From the IMG/VR virus record IMGVR_UViG_3300020045_003216, positions 1-26,459 of that record: a DNA stretch of 26,459 nucleotides. The stretch is one strand, 5' to 3'. The stretch is from a virus. Lineage: Duplodnaviria > Caudoviricetes. The notes below the pieces were generated by a model. It saw nothing but the letters and a program-made list of their open reading frames with translations, was not told the DNA's origin and did not search any database. Numbering within the stretch: the first letter of the stretch is position 1; each line of letters starts with the position of its first letter. The position numbers were made by a program, and so were the translations under genes. Positions 16,603 to 24,621 of this stretch are shown in pieces.

Positions 16603-16972
16603 TGTTTTCTAAGGTTTTAAAATTATTAGTGTTTAATTCTGGGTCAATTTTTGCCATTTGTATTGAAAAAACCGCTTTGGCAAAGTCGGCTAATCGGTCG
16701 TCGTTCGCGAAAACTTCGTCGCGGGTGCCTCGGCTTTCAAAGCTGAACGGTGCAACGAGTTGCACGGGCTTTGCCTCTGAGTCGTACCCGTAGACGCACA
16801 TTTCTAAATGACTGTCGTCGCGGGTGTGCACGACCGCCTGTGCGCTGTCAGGAAGGTTAATTAATTTTACCCTCAAGGGTAAGTTAGCCCTCAAAAAAGC
16901 TTTGTGAAATTCGCTTTCACAGCTGGTAGGCGTAACACCTGCAAAGGCTATAACTTTTCTTTTTTTACTCAT
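16592..16972 (-). CDS. Hypothetical protein, 126 aa
   Basis: Packed ORF overlapping the ssb start. Confidence 0.6.
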   Translation of the reverse strand: MSKKRKVIAFAGVTPTSCESEFHKAFLRANLPLRVKLINLPDSAQAVVHTRDDSHLEMCVYGYDSEAKPVQLVAPFSFESRGTRDEVFANDDRLADFAKAVFSIQMAKIDPELNTNNFKTLENNGN

Positions 16973-16983
16973 TTTTACAAATT

Positions 16984-18210
16984 TTATAAGTCGTATTCGT
17001 CTTCGTAATCTACAAACTCCTCAGCAAACGCCGCTGAAACTTTAGACTTTCCTATCTCTTCGCGTTTGTCGCTCTCAACTACTAGAGTCGGCGCGCCCTC
17101 TGGCTTTGTGAGAAGTGGATCCAACACCGCGGTAAATTCTTTTTTACCGAGTAGTTTTTCCAGATCTCCTAAGCCCTTAAGCTCGAAGTTCATGTATTGC
17201 GAAGCGCTGAAAAGATTCTCCTCTAATACTTCGATTACAGCCGTTTCGCTTGTGAATTGTCGAGTGCTCCTACCCTCTACCAGCTTATAACCTTCCCACT
17301 TCTTGCCGCTAACCGCTTCTTTTAAAACGGTGGATTTCACGTCATCGCACCATTTTTTAATAAAGTCCGCCGATTCATAGGCGTTAAGTAGCTCGGCGTC
17401 GTCTAGCATTCTAGGGTCGTTCAGGATTTCAAAGTCTTGTTTCGCAATTGAGAGGCCTAAGTCGTACAACGTGCGACAACGCGCTCTAGCTTTACAGAAC
17501 TGGCACCAATCACCCGCTATGGCTTTCGCCTCTGGATTTTCAGTCTCTAGGGCTTTCGGCCTTAGTACGTCTTCGCCCCATTTGATAAGAGCGTCGGCAG
17601 GGATTACCCACGTATCAATATTCGATAATCTTGGTTGAACGATTGTAAGCTTAACCACCTTTACAGCGGCCCGCTGTGCGGGTGTTAGTGTTTCCAGCGC
17701 GCCTAGCGCATAATATTTAAGCTGTGGGTTGTGCTTTGCTTTTATCTCTTTGCCCTTCCCGAATTTCAAGTCAATCACTTCTAAAAAGACGTCGTGCAGT
17801 ATCGCGCAATCGCTTGTACCAAAACTATCTTTTACGTATTTTTCTAGGCTGAATTTTTGTTCTATAAAGATTTTCGCTTTTGAATCAATCCTTTTCGCCT
17901 CGGTAAATTGTTCTTTGACGTATGTCGGATAAGGCATGACCTCCTCTTGAATTTCATGATAATAAAGCGGGTGCTTTTTCAATTCGTCAATTTGTTGGCG
18001 ATACTCAGGCATTGCCATAATCCGCAAATCAACTTTTATCATTCGCTCGGCGAACTCATGTGCGAGCGTACCCTCTTCTGCGTAAGAGCTTGTTTCCTCT
18101 GGGTATCCTTCCTCTAATGTCGGAGAGGCGGGGCAGTTGATCCAGCGATCAGACCCCGAGGCACTCAGCCGGGCGTGTGCCCGCGCCGAGTGTTTGACCT
18201 TGGTGTCCAC
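16984..18210 (-). CDS. DUF2800 / Cas4-like PD-(D/E)xK exonuclease
   Basis: HARLSASGSDRWINCPAS, EEGTLAHE, FGTSD, IDLKFGKG, QLKYYALG and WCQFCKARARC. Confidence 0.9.
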   Translation of the reverse strand: MDTKVKHSARAHARLSASGSDRWINCPASPTLEEGYPEETSSYAEEGTLAHEFAERMIKVDLRIMAMPEYRQQIDELKKHPLYYHEIQEEVMPYPTYVKEQFTEAKRIDSKAKIFIEQKFSLEKYVKDSFGTSDCAILHDVFLEVIDLKFGKGKEIKAKHNPQLKYYALGALETLTPAQRAAVKVVKLTIVQPRLSNIDTWVIPADALIKWGEDVLRPKALETENPEAKAIAGDWCQFCKARARCRTLYDLGLSIAKQDFEILNDPRMLDDAELLNAYESADFIKKWCDDVKSTVLKEAVSGKKWEGYKLVEGRSTRQFTSETAVIEVLEENLFSASQYMNFELKGLGDLEKLLGKKEFTAVLDPLLTKPEGAPTLVVESDKREEIGKSKVSAAFAEEFVDYEDEYDL

Positions 18211-18213
18211 TGG

Positions 18214-18645
18214 CTATTTCAGACTAGTTAAGAACTGATGCATCGCTGCGTAGTGCTTCTCCGGTAAGTTTGCCCAGCCTTTAACGTTGTACTTGGCAAG
18301 CTTCGCGATAATCGAGTCTTTGTGCTTGCCTATTTTCTTCGCGGACAATTCGCGGAGATCGTCCTCAGTGATGTCTGCCTCTTCGGCCTCTTCGGCCTCT
18401 TCCTCGAAATCTTCCGAGTTATCGGCGTCTTCGTCTTCTTCCTCCGGCTCGGGTTCTGGGGTCGGTTTGGCTTTGGCGCGCGAGGGTCTAGGGGCGGCGG
18501 CCTTCTTAGGCGCTGCGACTTCTTCGGCGTCTACGACTTCGATGTCTTTCACATTTTTAACGCCTAATAGCGAGTTTGTAAGTGCGGCAACGGCTGCTAC
18601 TACTGCGTTGTCTTCGCTTTCGAATTCTAATTTAATTGTGCTCAT
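18214..18645 (-). CDS. Acidic low-complexity protein typical of the slot upstream of DUF2800
   Basis: Ala/Pro/Glu-rich linker and a small helical C-terminal domain. Confidence 0.7.
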   Translation of the reverse strand: MSTIKLEFESEDNAVVAAVAALTNSLLGVKNVKDIEVVDAEEVAAPKKAAAPRPSRAKAKPTPEPEPEEEDEDADNSEDFEEEAEEAEEADITEDDLRELSAKKIGKHKDSIIAKLAKYNVKGWANLPEKHYAAMHQFLTSLK

Positions 18646-18654
18646 AATTTTAAT

Positions 18655-19068
18655 TTATTGATGTTTAATTATTAATTCAGTTAAAGAGGAAAGATATACA
18701 GAAAGTTCCACACTTGGAGGGTGCTGTACCGTTTCTATAAAAGTTAACCCGTCTTTCGATATAGACGTGGTCATGGTGACAAGATCTAACTCCGCGAAGT
18801 AGTTGTATGCTCGCATCTGAATAACGCGCTTAGCTTGTCCAGACGGTACGCTCAACGACCATTCAACGTCATCAAACAACATTCCCACCGGAACGCCTAC
18901 GATCTCGGATAACTTAACGATCTGTTCGGTGTTAAGGCTAAGACGGCCAGCTATTACAGCGGCGAGGCTTCGGTCCGGATGCTTCAACTCTGGGAAGAGT
19001 ACCACAGATAAATCCTTTTTGTTCAACTTCGCTAAATCTATTATTCGGCCTAGTGGTATTGTTTTCAT
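18655..19068 (-). CDS. Putative XRE-like HTH transcription regulator
   Basis: First gene after the promoter. 'LNKKDLSVVLF...GRLSLNTEQIVKLSEIVGVPVGMLF' resembles an XRE/Cro fold. Confidence 0.6.
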   Translation of the reverse strand: MKTIPLGRIIDLAKLNKKDLSVVLFPELKHPDRSLAAVIAGRLSLNTEQIVKLSEIVGVPVGMLFDDVEWSLSVPSGQAKRVIQMRAYNYFAELDLVTMTTSISKDGLTFIETVQHPPSVELSVYLSSLTELIIKHQ

Positions 19069-19087
19069 TTCTCATTGTTTTGTTTAG

Positions 19088-19125
19088 CAAATATACAACT
19101 AGTTTTCAAACGTGCAAATTATTTT
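19088..19125 (-). promoter_or_regulatory. Bacteroidota sigma70-type promoter of the early operon
   Basis: -7 element TATATTTG (19088-19095) and -33 element TTTG (19115-19118), 19 nt apart. Confidence 0.8.
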
Positions 19126-19137
19126 CATTAAAAATTT

Positions 19138-19409
19138 ATGTTTATTTTCTGTTTACGTGTTTATGTATTGTAAATTAAGAAGTTAAGCGTTAAAAAGTAA
19201 ACAGAAACACAATAAACACGTTTTTCCCTATAGTATATACGGGTATTATGCGTTTTTACGTTTTTTACATACTAATATTCTTATATATCTATTATCCTTA
19301 TAATTCTGTGTATATTTATGTTTACTTTGTTTATTTACCCGTCAGGCTTTTACAGCGTTTCCTTTGTACGTCGTACACGTTTTTAAAATTTGTGTTTATT
19401 TCTGTTTAC
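19138..19409. repeat. Origin-like array B, paralogous to array A
   Basis: Degenerate TGTTTA(C/T)/(G/A)TAAACA repeats around an AT-rich core. Shares AAAAGTAAACA, ATTCTTATATAT and TTGTGTTTATTTCTGTTTA with array A, in the same order. Confidence 0.75.
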
Positions 19410-19428
19410 GGCGTAAAATTAAGGGCGT

Positions 19429-19457
19429 AAAAAAGCCCCGGCGTTTGGCAGGGGCTT
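19429..19457 (-). terminator. Rho-independent terminator after the lysis genes
   Basis: Minus strand AAGCCCCTGCC-AAAC-GCCGGGGCTTTTTT. Confidence 0.75.
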
Positions 19458-19992
19458 AGTTTTTAAAGTAGTTTTTCTTTCTAGTATCTACAGATATTAG
19501 TCTGATTTCCGAATAAAAACTTTTGAATTTTGTAGAATAATGTTTTAATAGCTTAGGAATTTTAAAGGTTGTTTTTAGATAAAAATATATAAACAAAAAC
19601 AATGCCAGAATGAAAAACAGGCCTAAAAATAAAACCGTGTTGCCTGATCTGTAGACTATTTTAACCTTTTCAATAGTGTATGTGGTGTGAACGCGCGTCT
19701 TTTCTTTTATGAGTAGATACTTTTCGGTAGTCTTGCGCTTTTCGGCTTTTACGACGGCATTCTGGTACGACTTACCGCCTATAATCATGGGCTTTAATGG
19801 GTCAGACGGCGTATAAGTGAAGGAACTACCAAAGACGACCTTTTCGCCCATTGAGTAGCTGCTATTTATGTTTATGTCGGTGGATCCACTTCCACTAGTA
19901 CTGCGGTCAGTCTTTCGAGTTCCACAGCCGTACACGGCGAAAAGAAGCAACAACACAACTGCCAGACAAAAAGAAACTAATAAGCTTTTCAT
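19456..19992 (-). CDS. Putative unimolecular spanin (lipoprotein with C-terminal TM)
   Basis: Signal peptide II with lipobox-like VYGC and a C-terminal TM (VLFLGLFFILALFLFIYFYL). Follows the endolysin. Confidence 0.7.
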   Translation of the reverse strand: MKSLLVSFCLAVVLLLLFAVYGCGTRKTDRSTSGSGSTDININSSYSMGEKVVFGSSFTYTPSDPLKPMIIGGKSYQNAVVKAEKRKTTEKYLLIKEKTRVHTTYTIEKVKIVYRSGNTVLFLGLFFILALFLFIYFYLKTTFKIPKLLKHYSTKFKSFYSEIRLISVDTRKKNYFKN

Positions 19993-20528
19993 GGTTCGCG
20001 GTGTTTAAGCTCTGCAGCGGTTAACTTTTTATCGTACCCTTTAATCCAATAATTCTTACCGTTGTAGTAGTAGGCTATTTTTTTAGTATCCCAGAACAAA
20101 ACGGCGCAAAATAGGCGTTTATCAGTTTCAATGAATTTCAGTCCTAACCACAACTGATTGGCCTCGGAATCCTTGGCGAAATCCCACATTTGATTTACAG
20201 ACTTGAAGCCTAAGCGCTTCCAGTGTTCACCCATTACCTGCATACGCCCGATAGACGTGCTTTCCATTGCGGCGGTTGGGTTCTTCGCGTAAGCGTCGTT
20301 AAACGCTTGCCACTCCTTCGCCTGGCGTTCGACTTTGTTCTGAGACCAAAGTCCAGAAATTAATCGGCTTATTCGCTTAAAATAACTTGGCTCAAACTGG
20401 ATTATTATTTTACTCGTGGCAGGGTCGAAGCCTATTCCGCTGCTCTCCACTTCGTCAATAGCTCGAACTTTCGATACCGAGATTTCGAACTCTTTGGCTA
20501 AATTTCTATATTGGTTTTCTGATATCAT
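19989..20528 (-). CDS. Endolysin, N-acetylmuramidase (DUF3380-like)
   Basis: AIDEVESSG..F, IQFEP, STSIGRMQVMGEHW..LGF and YYNG..Y....YD.KL. Start placed at MISENQ. Confidence 0.88.
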   Translation of the reverse strand: MISENQYRNLAKEFEISVSKVRAIDEVESSGIGFDPATSKIIIQFEPSYFKRISRLISGLWSQNKVERQAKEWQAFNDAYAKNPTAAMESTSIGRMQVMGEHWKRLGFKSVNQMWDFAKDSEANQLWLGLKFIETDKRLFCAVLFWDTKKIAYYYNGKNYWIKGYDKKLTAAELKHREP

Positions 20529-20532
20529 ATAT

Positions 20533-20826
20533 CTATTTATTTGTAAAAAGCCACAGAAAAAAGCCAATTATGGCCGTTATCAAGCCCTTCGCGACGAATT
20601 TAACGTTATCCATGTTATCGTCTATTAATAGTTGCTTTGCTTCCAACTTGTCGACTTTTGCCTCTAGGGTTTCGAGGAGGTGAATAACTCCTTTTTTACC
20701 GTTTAGTTCTGTTCCGGTTAGTAGATTTCGAATGTCCTTAGTAACTTCTTTAACGTCTACCATGTCGGTCTTATAGACTTTGAAATGGTTCTCTAAGCGG
20801 TCAACTTTTTCTTCTAGTAATGGCAT
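20533..20826 (-). CDS. Holin-like/lysis-associated protein (coiled coil with C-terminal TM)
   Basis: TM segment LITAIIGFFLWLF. Lies directly upstream of the endolysin. Confidence 0.6.
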   Translation of the reverse strand: MPLLEEKVDRLENHFKVYKTDMVDVKEVTKDIRNLLTGTELNGKKGVIHLLETLEAKVDKLEAKQLLIDDNMDNVKFVAKGLITAIIGFFLWLFTNK

Positions 20827-20842
20827 AGTGGTTACATTTATT

Positions 20843-20850
20843 CAAAAATA
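20843..20850 (-). promoter_or_regulatory. Possible -7 element TATTTTTG for the lysis genes
   Basis: TAnnTTTG match 16 nt upstream of the ATG at 20826, abutting a terminator. Confidence 0.45.
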
Positions 20851-20851
20851 C

Positions 20852-20888
20852 AAAAAATATTCCCGTTAAATTAATAACGGGAATATTT
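20852..20888 (-). terminator. Terminator hairpin
   Basis: Perfect 14-bp inverted repeat AAATATTCCCGTTA/TAACGGGAATATTT with a T-run on the minus strand. Confidence 0.8.
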
Positions 20889-20892
20889 AATT

Positions 20893-21048
20893 TTATTTAG
20901 CGGTGCTATCTTTAGCGGCCCCGAATCCTATCGCAGTGGCAATAGTGGCAATAGCCGTTCCAACTTCCGTAGTAATCCAACCCATAGCGGTCGCAATCCC
21001 AATACCCGCTACGATTAAAGCGGCTAAATTTGTTTTCCAATTTTTCAT
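20893..21048 (-). CDS. 51-aa two-TM holin-like protein
   Basis: Not in the ORF track. Sequence MKNWKTNLAALIVAGIGIATAMGWITTEVGTAIATIATAIGFGAAKDSTAK shows the 'KNWKT...AKD' pattern of small phage holin-like proteins. Confidence 0.75.
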   Translation of the reverse strand: MKNWKTNLAALIVAGIGIATAMGWITTEVGTAIATIATAIGFGAAKDSTAK

Positions 21049-21077
21049 AATCTATTTATTTTTAAAGTTTCTAATTA

Positions 21078-23600
21078 TTAATGTGCCACCCATACTGATC
21101 CGTTATAAAAAACAGGGGTTACAATAGAGCCTCCTCCAACTATTGTTACTAAGTACGATGGAGCCAAAGCGTCTGAAACAGTGGCATAAGTTCCAGAAAC
21201 AACTCCTGTAGTAGGCAGCGTTGCAACTGTGTAAACATTTGTTTTATAAAATGTTGCGGTTATATTTGTATTTGCAGTCCATCCTGGAGTAACAGCCCCA
21301 CTAGTATAAAAAGTAATACCCCCGTCATTCGGTGCATAAAATCCTTTATTTGTAGAGTGTAACTCTATATTTCCACTTGTTTTTAAATTCGGAACTTCGA
21401 CTAAACCAGTAAAAACAGCTCCATTTAAATTCGATTTTAAAACTAAAGCATCAAAAACAGAGTTTTGGCTTGGTGCAATTGTAGTAACTGCATCTATAAT
21501 AGCATCGGTTACAAAATTAGCAGTTGTTACTTTCTCAACAACTCCGGTACTCGTATTCCTTGTTAAAATATCGTATGTTCCTGCGCTTGTTGTTGGGGCT
21601 GTTGATAGTTTTAAAGATGTTCCAAGAATTGAGCCGTTTACTTGTAATTTATCTGTTGCATTATCAGTTGTAGTGCCTATTAATGCATTATTAGTGGAAT
21701 AATTAATAGTGAAAGCTTCGGATGGAATAGATTCGTTATATACTGAATAATCATTTCTTGTATTTCTAACCCCAACTGACCAATTATAAGTAGTCCCTGT
21801 TTTAAAATAGAATCTTGATAAATTAGAAGTTGCATTTCGTGTCATCGCAAAACCAGCATTACCAGTTGTGCGAACTTCTAAATTTTCAGAAGGCGCTGTA
21901 GAATTATTCCCAATTCCTATATTGGTTCCATTATCTGTGATGGTACTGTTTGCAATTTGTCCGCCTGTAGTAGATTTTAATACCAAATTAGAAGTAAGTG
22001 TAGGTATTTTTAAAGCTGTTGCTGAAATACTACCATTTACTTGCAACTGGTCTATTGCATTGTCTGTTGTAGTATTAATTAATACACGTCCACTAACTGG
22101 CATCATTAGCCTAGTTGTACCGTCTGGTGTTTTAAACCTAGTTGACCAATCAGAATTAAATTCTAAACGTTCTTTTTTTACTAACACTCCTAAATAATCC
22201 CCTTCTTGAATTAATGCCAATCGTGTCGGCGCTACTAATGGATATGATGGATAGTAAGGTAATGACGCTGCTAAAAATACACTGTTAGCAAACGCAGTTC
22301 CTACGGCTCCGTTTTGATAGCCAATAGCCCCCATTTCACCGTCAGTATTAGATAAAAACCTTATCGCAGATGGAACTTCAGAAAGTACGCCTAAATAAGT
22401 ACTTTTATTCTGAATGGCTAAAACATTAGCGTCGTAAAGATGAGACCCTCCTCCGTACGCTGTTGTATTAACTATTAACGCCTCTCCCGTTGTATTCTCG
22501 ACTCTTAAGCCTCCTTTTATAGACGTTCCTGCATTAAAACTGTCTGATGGATGCCCTATAATATAAGAGCCTGGGCTCCCTATTCCAGTTTGCGACCCTG
22601 CAAATGTCTTGTTACCGGGTATTGTTTCTGTTCCTGTTTTGTGAACCACATCAATGTCATTAGCCTTATTCACATTCAAATAATCCAAGGCGTTCGTAGT
22701 GGTTGTTCCCGTAACCGTACTTCGATTTAAGACTGAGTTAGTATCAAAAGTTACTGGAACATCATAATAAGAATTGTATAAGTTACCGTACATAATTTGC
22801 ATAACTATAGAACTCCCACCTGTTCCGACTTTTTCGGCTGAAACGTGATATCTAAAACGTTGGCCGGCTGTAACCGATAAAGGCGCGGTTACGTTTCCAG
22901 TTATATTAATATTCGTTAAGTTACCAGCGACTAAGTTAATCAAACCACTATCCAGTATTGCCACAACTGTAACTCCTAATCCCCCAACTGGCGCGCCCGG
23001 TATCCCAGAATTTAGAGGCGTTCCGTTCGTGTCGCATAGGTATAACTCAACCGTATAACGTTGCTGCTGCGCGGACGGGTCCGCGTCAATCATTGTAGTT
23101 AATTGGCCTGAGAAACTTCCAGACGGTACTGTTAAATTGAGAGGTTGCGCAATTGAAATTAAGTCTTGTGCGAAATACTGTTTAACATTATCGTCATTTG
23201 TAACGCCCTGAATAGCACTAGTTGCCGTGCCTTTGCCGGTTCCGTTAGTCAGATAATATGTCCCAGTTGGTAAAGTAACTGGGTCGGCTGTAAAATATAT
23301 CCTATTAGTTATTCCAGCCGTTGTAGTTACGAAGTTGCCGATAGCAAAGTCGATCCCCTGTAAATGCCCTTTTATGTTTGGCGCCAAAGGCACATAATTA
23401 GATACTGGGGGCGTCACATCTATAGATATGTTTTCCCCTAAAATTTTACCTTGCACGCCGTTAGCCTCGGTCGTGGTTATATGTGTTGAAGTTGTTACGG
23501 TTGGTTGCCCGCCGGTTATCTGAACGCCCGCGTCAAACTCCGCCTGCCCGTAAAATACGGTGCAGCTAAAAAGAGCCAATAAAATTATTATTTTTTTCAT
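21078..23600 (-). CDS. Tail-fibre-like protein with an N-terminal signal peptide, 840 aa
   Basis: Thr/Gly/Asn-rich, with VVHKTGTETIPGNKTF and repeated LI(N/G)TTTDNAxDxLQVNGSI fibre motifs. Begins MKKIIILLALFSCTVFYG-Q. Confidence 0.75.
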   Translation of the reverse strand: MKKIIILLALFSCTVFYGQAEFDAGVQITGGQPTVTTSTHITTTEANGVQGKILGENISIDVTPPVSNYVPLAPNIKGHLQGIDFAIGNFVTTTAGITNRIYFTADPVTLPTGTYYLTNGTGKGTATSAIQGVTNDDNVKQYFAQDLISIAQPLNLTVPSGSFSGQLTTMIDADPSAQQQRYTVELYLCDTNGTPLNSGIPGAPVGGLGVTVVAILDSGLINLVAGNLTNINITGNVTAPLSVTAGQRFRYHVSAEKVGTGGSSIVMQIMYGNLYNSYYDVPVTFDTNSVLNRSTVTGTTTTNALDYLNVNKANDIDVVHKTGTETIPGNKTFAGSQTGIGSPGSYIIGHPSDSFNAGTSIKGGLRVENTTGEALIVNTTAYGGGSHLYDANVLAIQNKSTYLGVLSEVPSAIRFLSNTDGEMGAIGYQNGAVGTAFANSVFLAASLPYYPSYPLVAPTRLALIQEGDYLGVLVKKERLEFNSDWSTRFKTPDGTTRLMMPVSGRVLINTTTDNAIDQLQVNGSISATALKIPTLTSNLVLKSTTGGQIANSTITDNGTNIGIGNNSTAPSENLEVRTTGNAGFAMTRNATSNLSRFYFKTGTTYNWSVGVRNTRNDYSVYNESIPSEAFTINYSTNNALIGTTTDNATDKLQVNGSILGTSLKLSTAPTTSAGTYDILTRNTSTGVVEKVTTANFVTDAIIDAVTTIAPSQNSVFDALVLKSNLNGAVFTGLVEVPNLKTSGNIELHSTNKGFYAPNDGGITFYTSGAVTPGWTANTNITATFYKTNVYTVATLPTTGVVSGTYATVSDALAPSYLVTIVGGGSIVTPVFYNGSVWVAH

Positions 23601-23611
23601 TTGTTTTAGTT

Positions 23612-24160
23612 TTAGAAAGTTATGTATATTTTTTTACCTGCTGCGAGTGTTGCCCCTGCAATGGTTATAGTCGTGCCGTCTTGGTCCCATTCCCCAGTCG
23701 GGTAATCGTCGGTAATCTTATATCTAACACCTCGATCAATAAATAAGCTCTTAGCGAATGCGCCTATAGGTAATTCGAAAACGTTGGTAATTCCATCGGA
23801 CACGAATAAAACGGGCTCGACTCCCCCATCAATTAGGGTATAATTTGCTGCATCTTGTGGATCCCCGCCGTTAAACCTGGCATTTTCAAACACGCCGCTA
23901 ACGGTTGAATACCGGTGCGCTATATCTCCTGCTTCGATGTTCAGCATGTCCTCGTTTCCCGCGCCTTTGAACTTCAAGCCGAACACTTCGTACAGTGGAA
24001 CTATGCTAAAGTTGGCCGCATCTACAAGCTCGTTAAGCTTGTCTTTTATCGCGTTGGTTTCGTCGGCGGAAAGCTTATTATACAGATATATAGTAGCGCC
24101 AAGAACTCTCTCCTTGGTGCCGTCAGGCTTCGCGTCTATGAATTCGTAATACTGAATCAT
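23612..24160 (-). CDS. Putative structural/fibre-associated protein, 182 aa
   Basis: Lies between the adaptor and fibre genes, with ATGA coupling to the upstream gene. Confidence 0.55.
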   Translation of the reverse strand: MIQYYEFIDAKPDGTKERVLGATIYLYNKLSADETNAIKDKLNELVDAANFSIVPLYEVFGLKFKGAGNEDMLNIEAGDIAHRYSTVSGVFENARFNGGDPQDAANYTLIDGGVEPVLFVSDGITNVFELPIGAFAKSLFIDRGVRYKITDDYPTGEWDQDGTTITIAGATLAAGKKIYITF

Positions 24161-24615
24161 ACCTTGTCAATTTGGAAAGATGAGTAAGGCCTAAATTCGT
24201 CTGTAGGCGTTTCGTTTAATATCGCTAATACCTTTTTAGCTTCCAGAAATTGCGACGTAACCGCATCGCTAAGCGACATTATGGTCGTATTTTTTTCAGC
24301 TTTGCCAGGGTTCGACCAATTAGGTTGATTAATTGCTTTAAGCCCTGCGTTGGTGTGGGTATAAACCTCACCGGCGAAATAGGCTGCAATGTTAAGGGCT
24401 ACGAAAAGGCGGAAACCCATAAAAGCGTCGTTTGCTGAATCAACCACGTCGCCGCTGAATATCTTAGTGCTTAGCGAAAAGCCGAACATTTCTAAAAAGA
24501 TGACGTTTTTAACGTGTTTTGTAACCGTGTCGATCTTGCTCTGATTGAGCGAGTCGGTCACGGGGTAGAACTGTTGAATTTCAGCTAAAAGAATAGTGTC
24601 TATAGGTGTTGGCAT
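24157..24615 (-). CDS. Putative head-tail adaptor, 152 aa
   Basis: Follows the portal gene. Helical, with a 'THTNAGLK' motif resembling Bacteroidota phage adaptors. Confidence 0.55.
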   Translation of the reverse strand: MPTPIDTILLAEIQQFYPVTDSLNQSKIDTVTKHVKNVIFLEMFGFSLSTKIFSGDVVDSANDAFMGFRLFVALNIAAYFAGEVYTHTNAGLKAINQPNWSNPGKAEKNTTIMSLSDAVTSQFLEAKKVLAILNETPTDEFRPYSSFQIDKV

Positions 24616-24621
24616 GATGTC

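Noticed and set aside
16984-18210. CRISPR-associated Cas4
   Set aside because: This is a stand-alone DUF2800 nuclease in its usual phage context, with no cas genes or array.
19248-19430. 60-aa hydrophobic plus-strand ORF
   Set aside because: A low-complexity translation of the AT-rich origin-like array.
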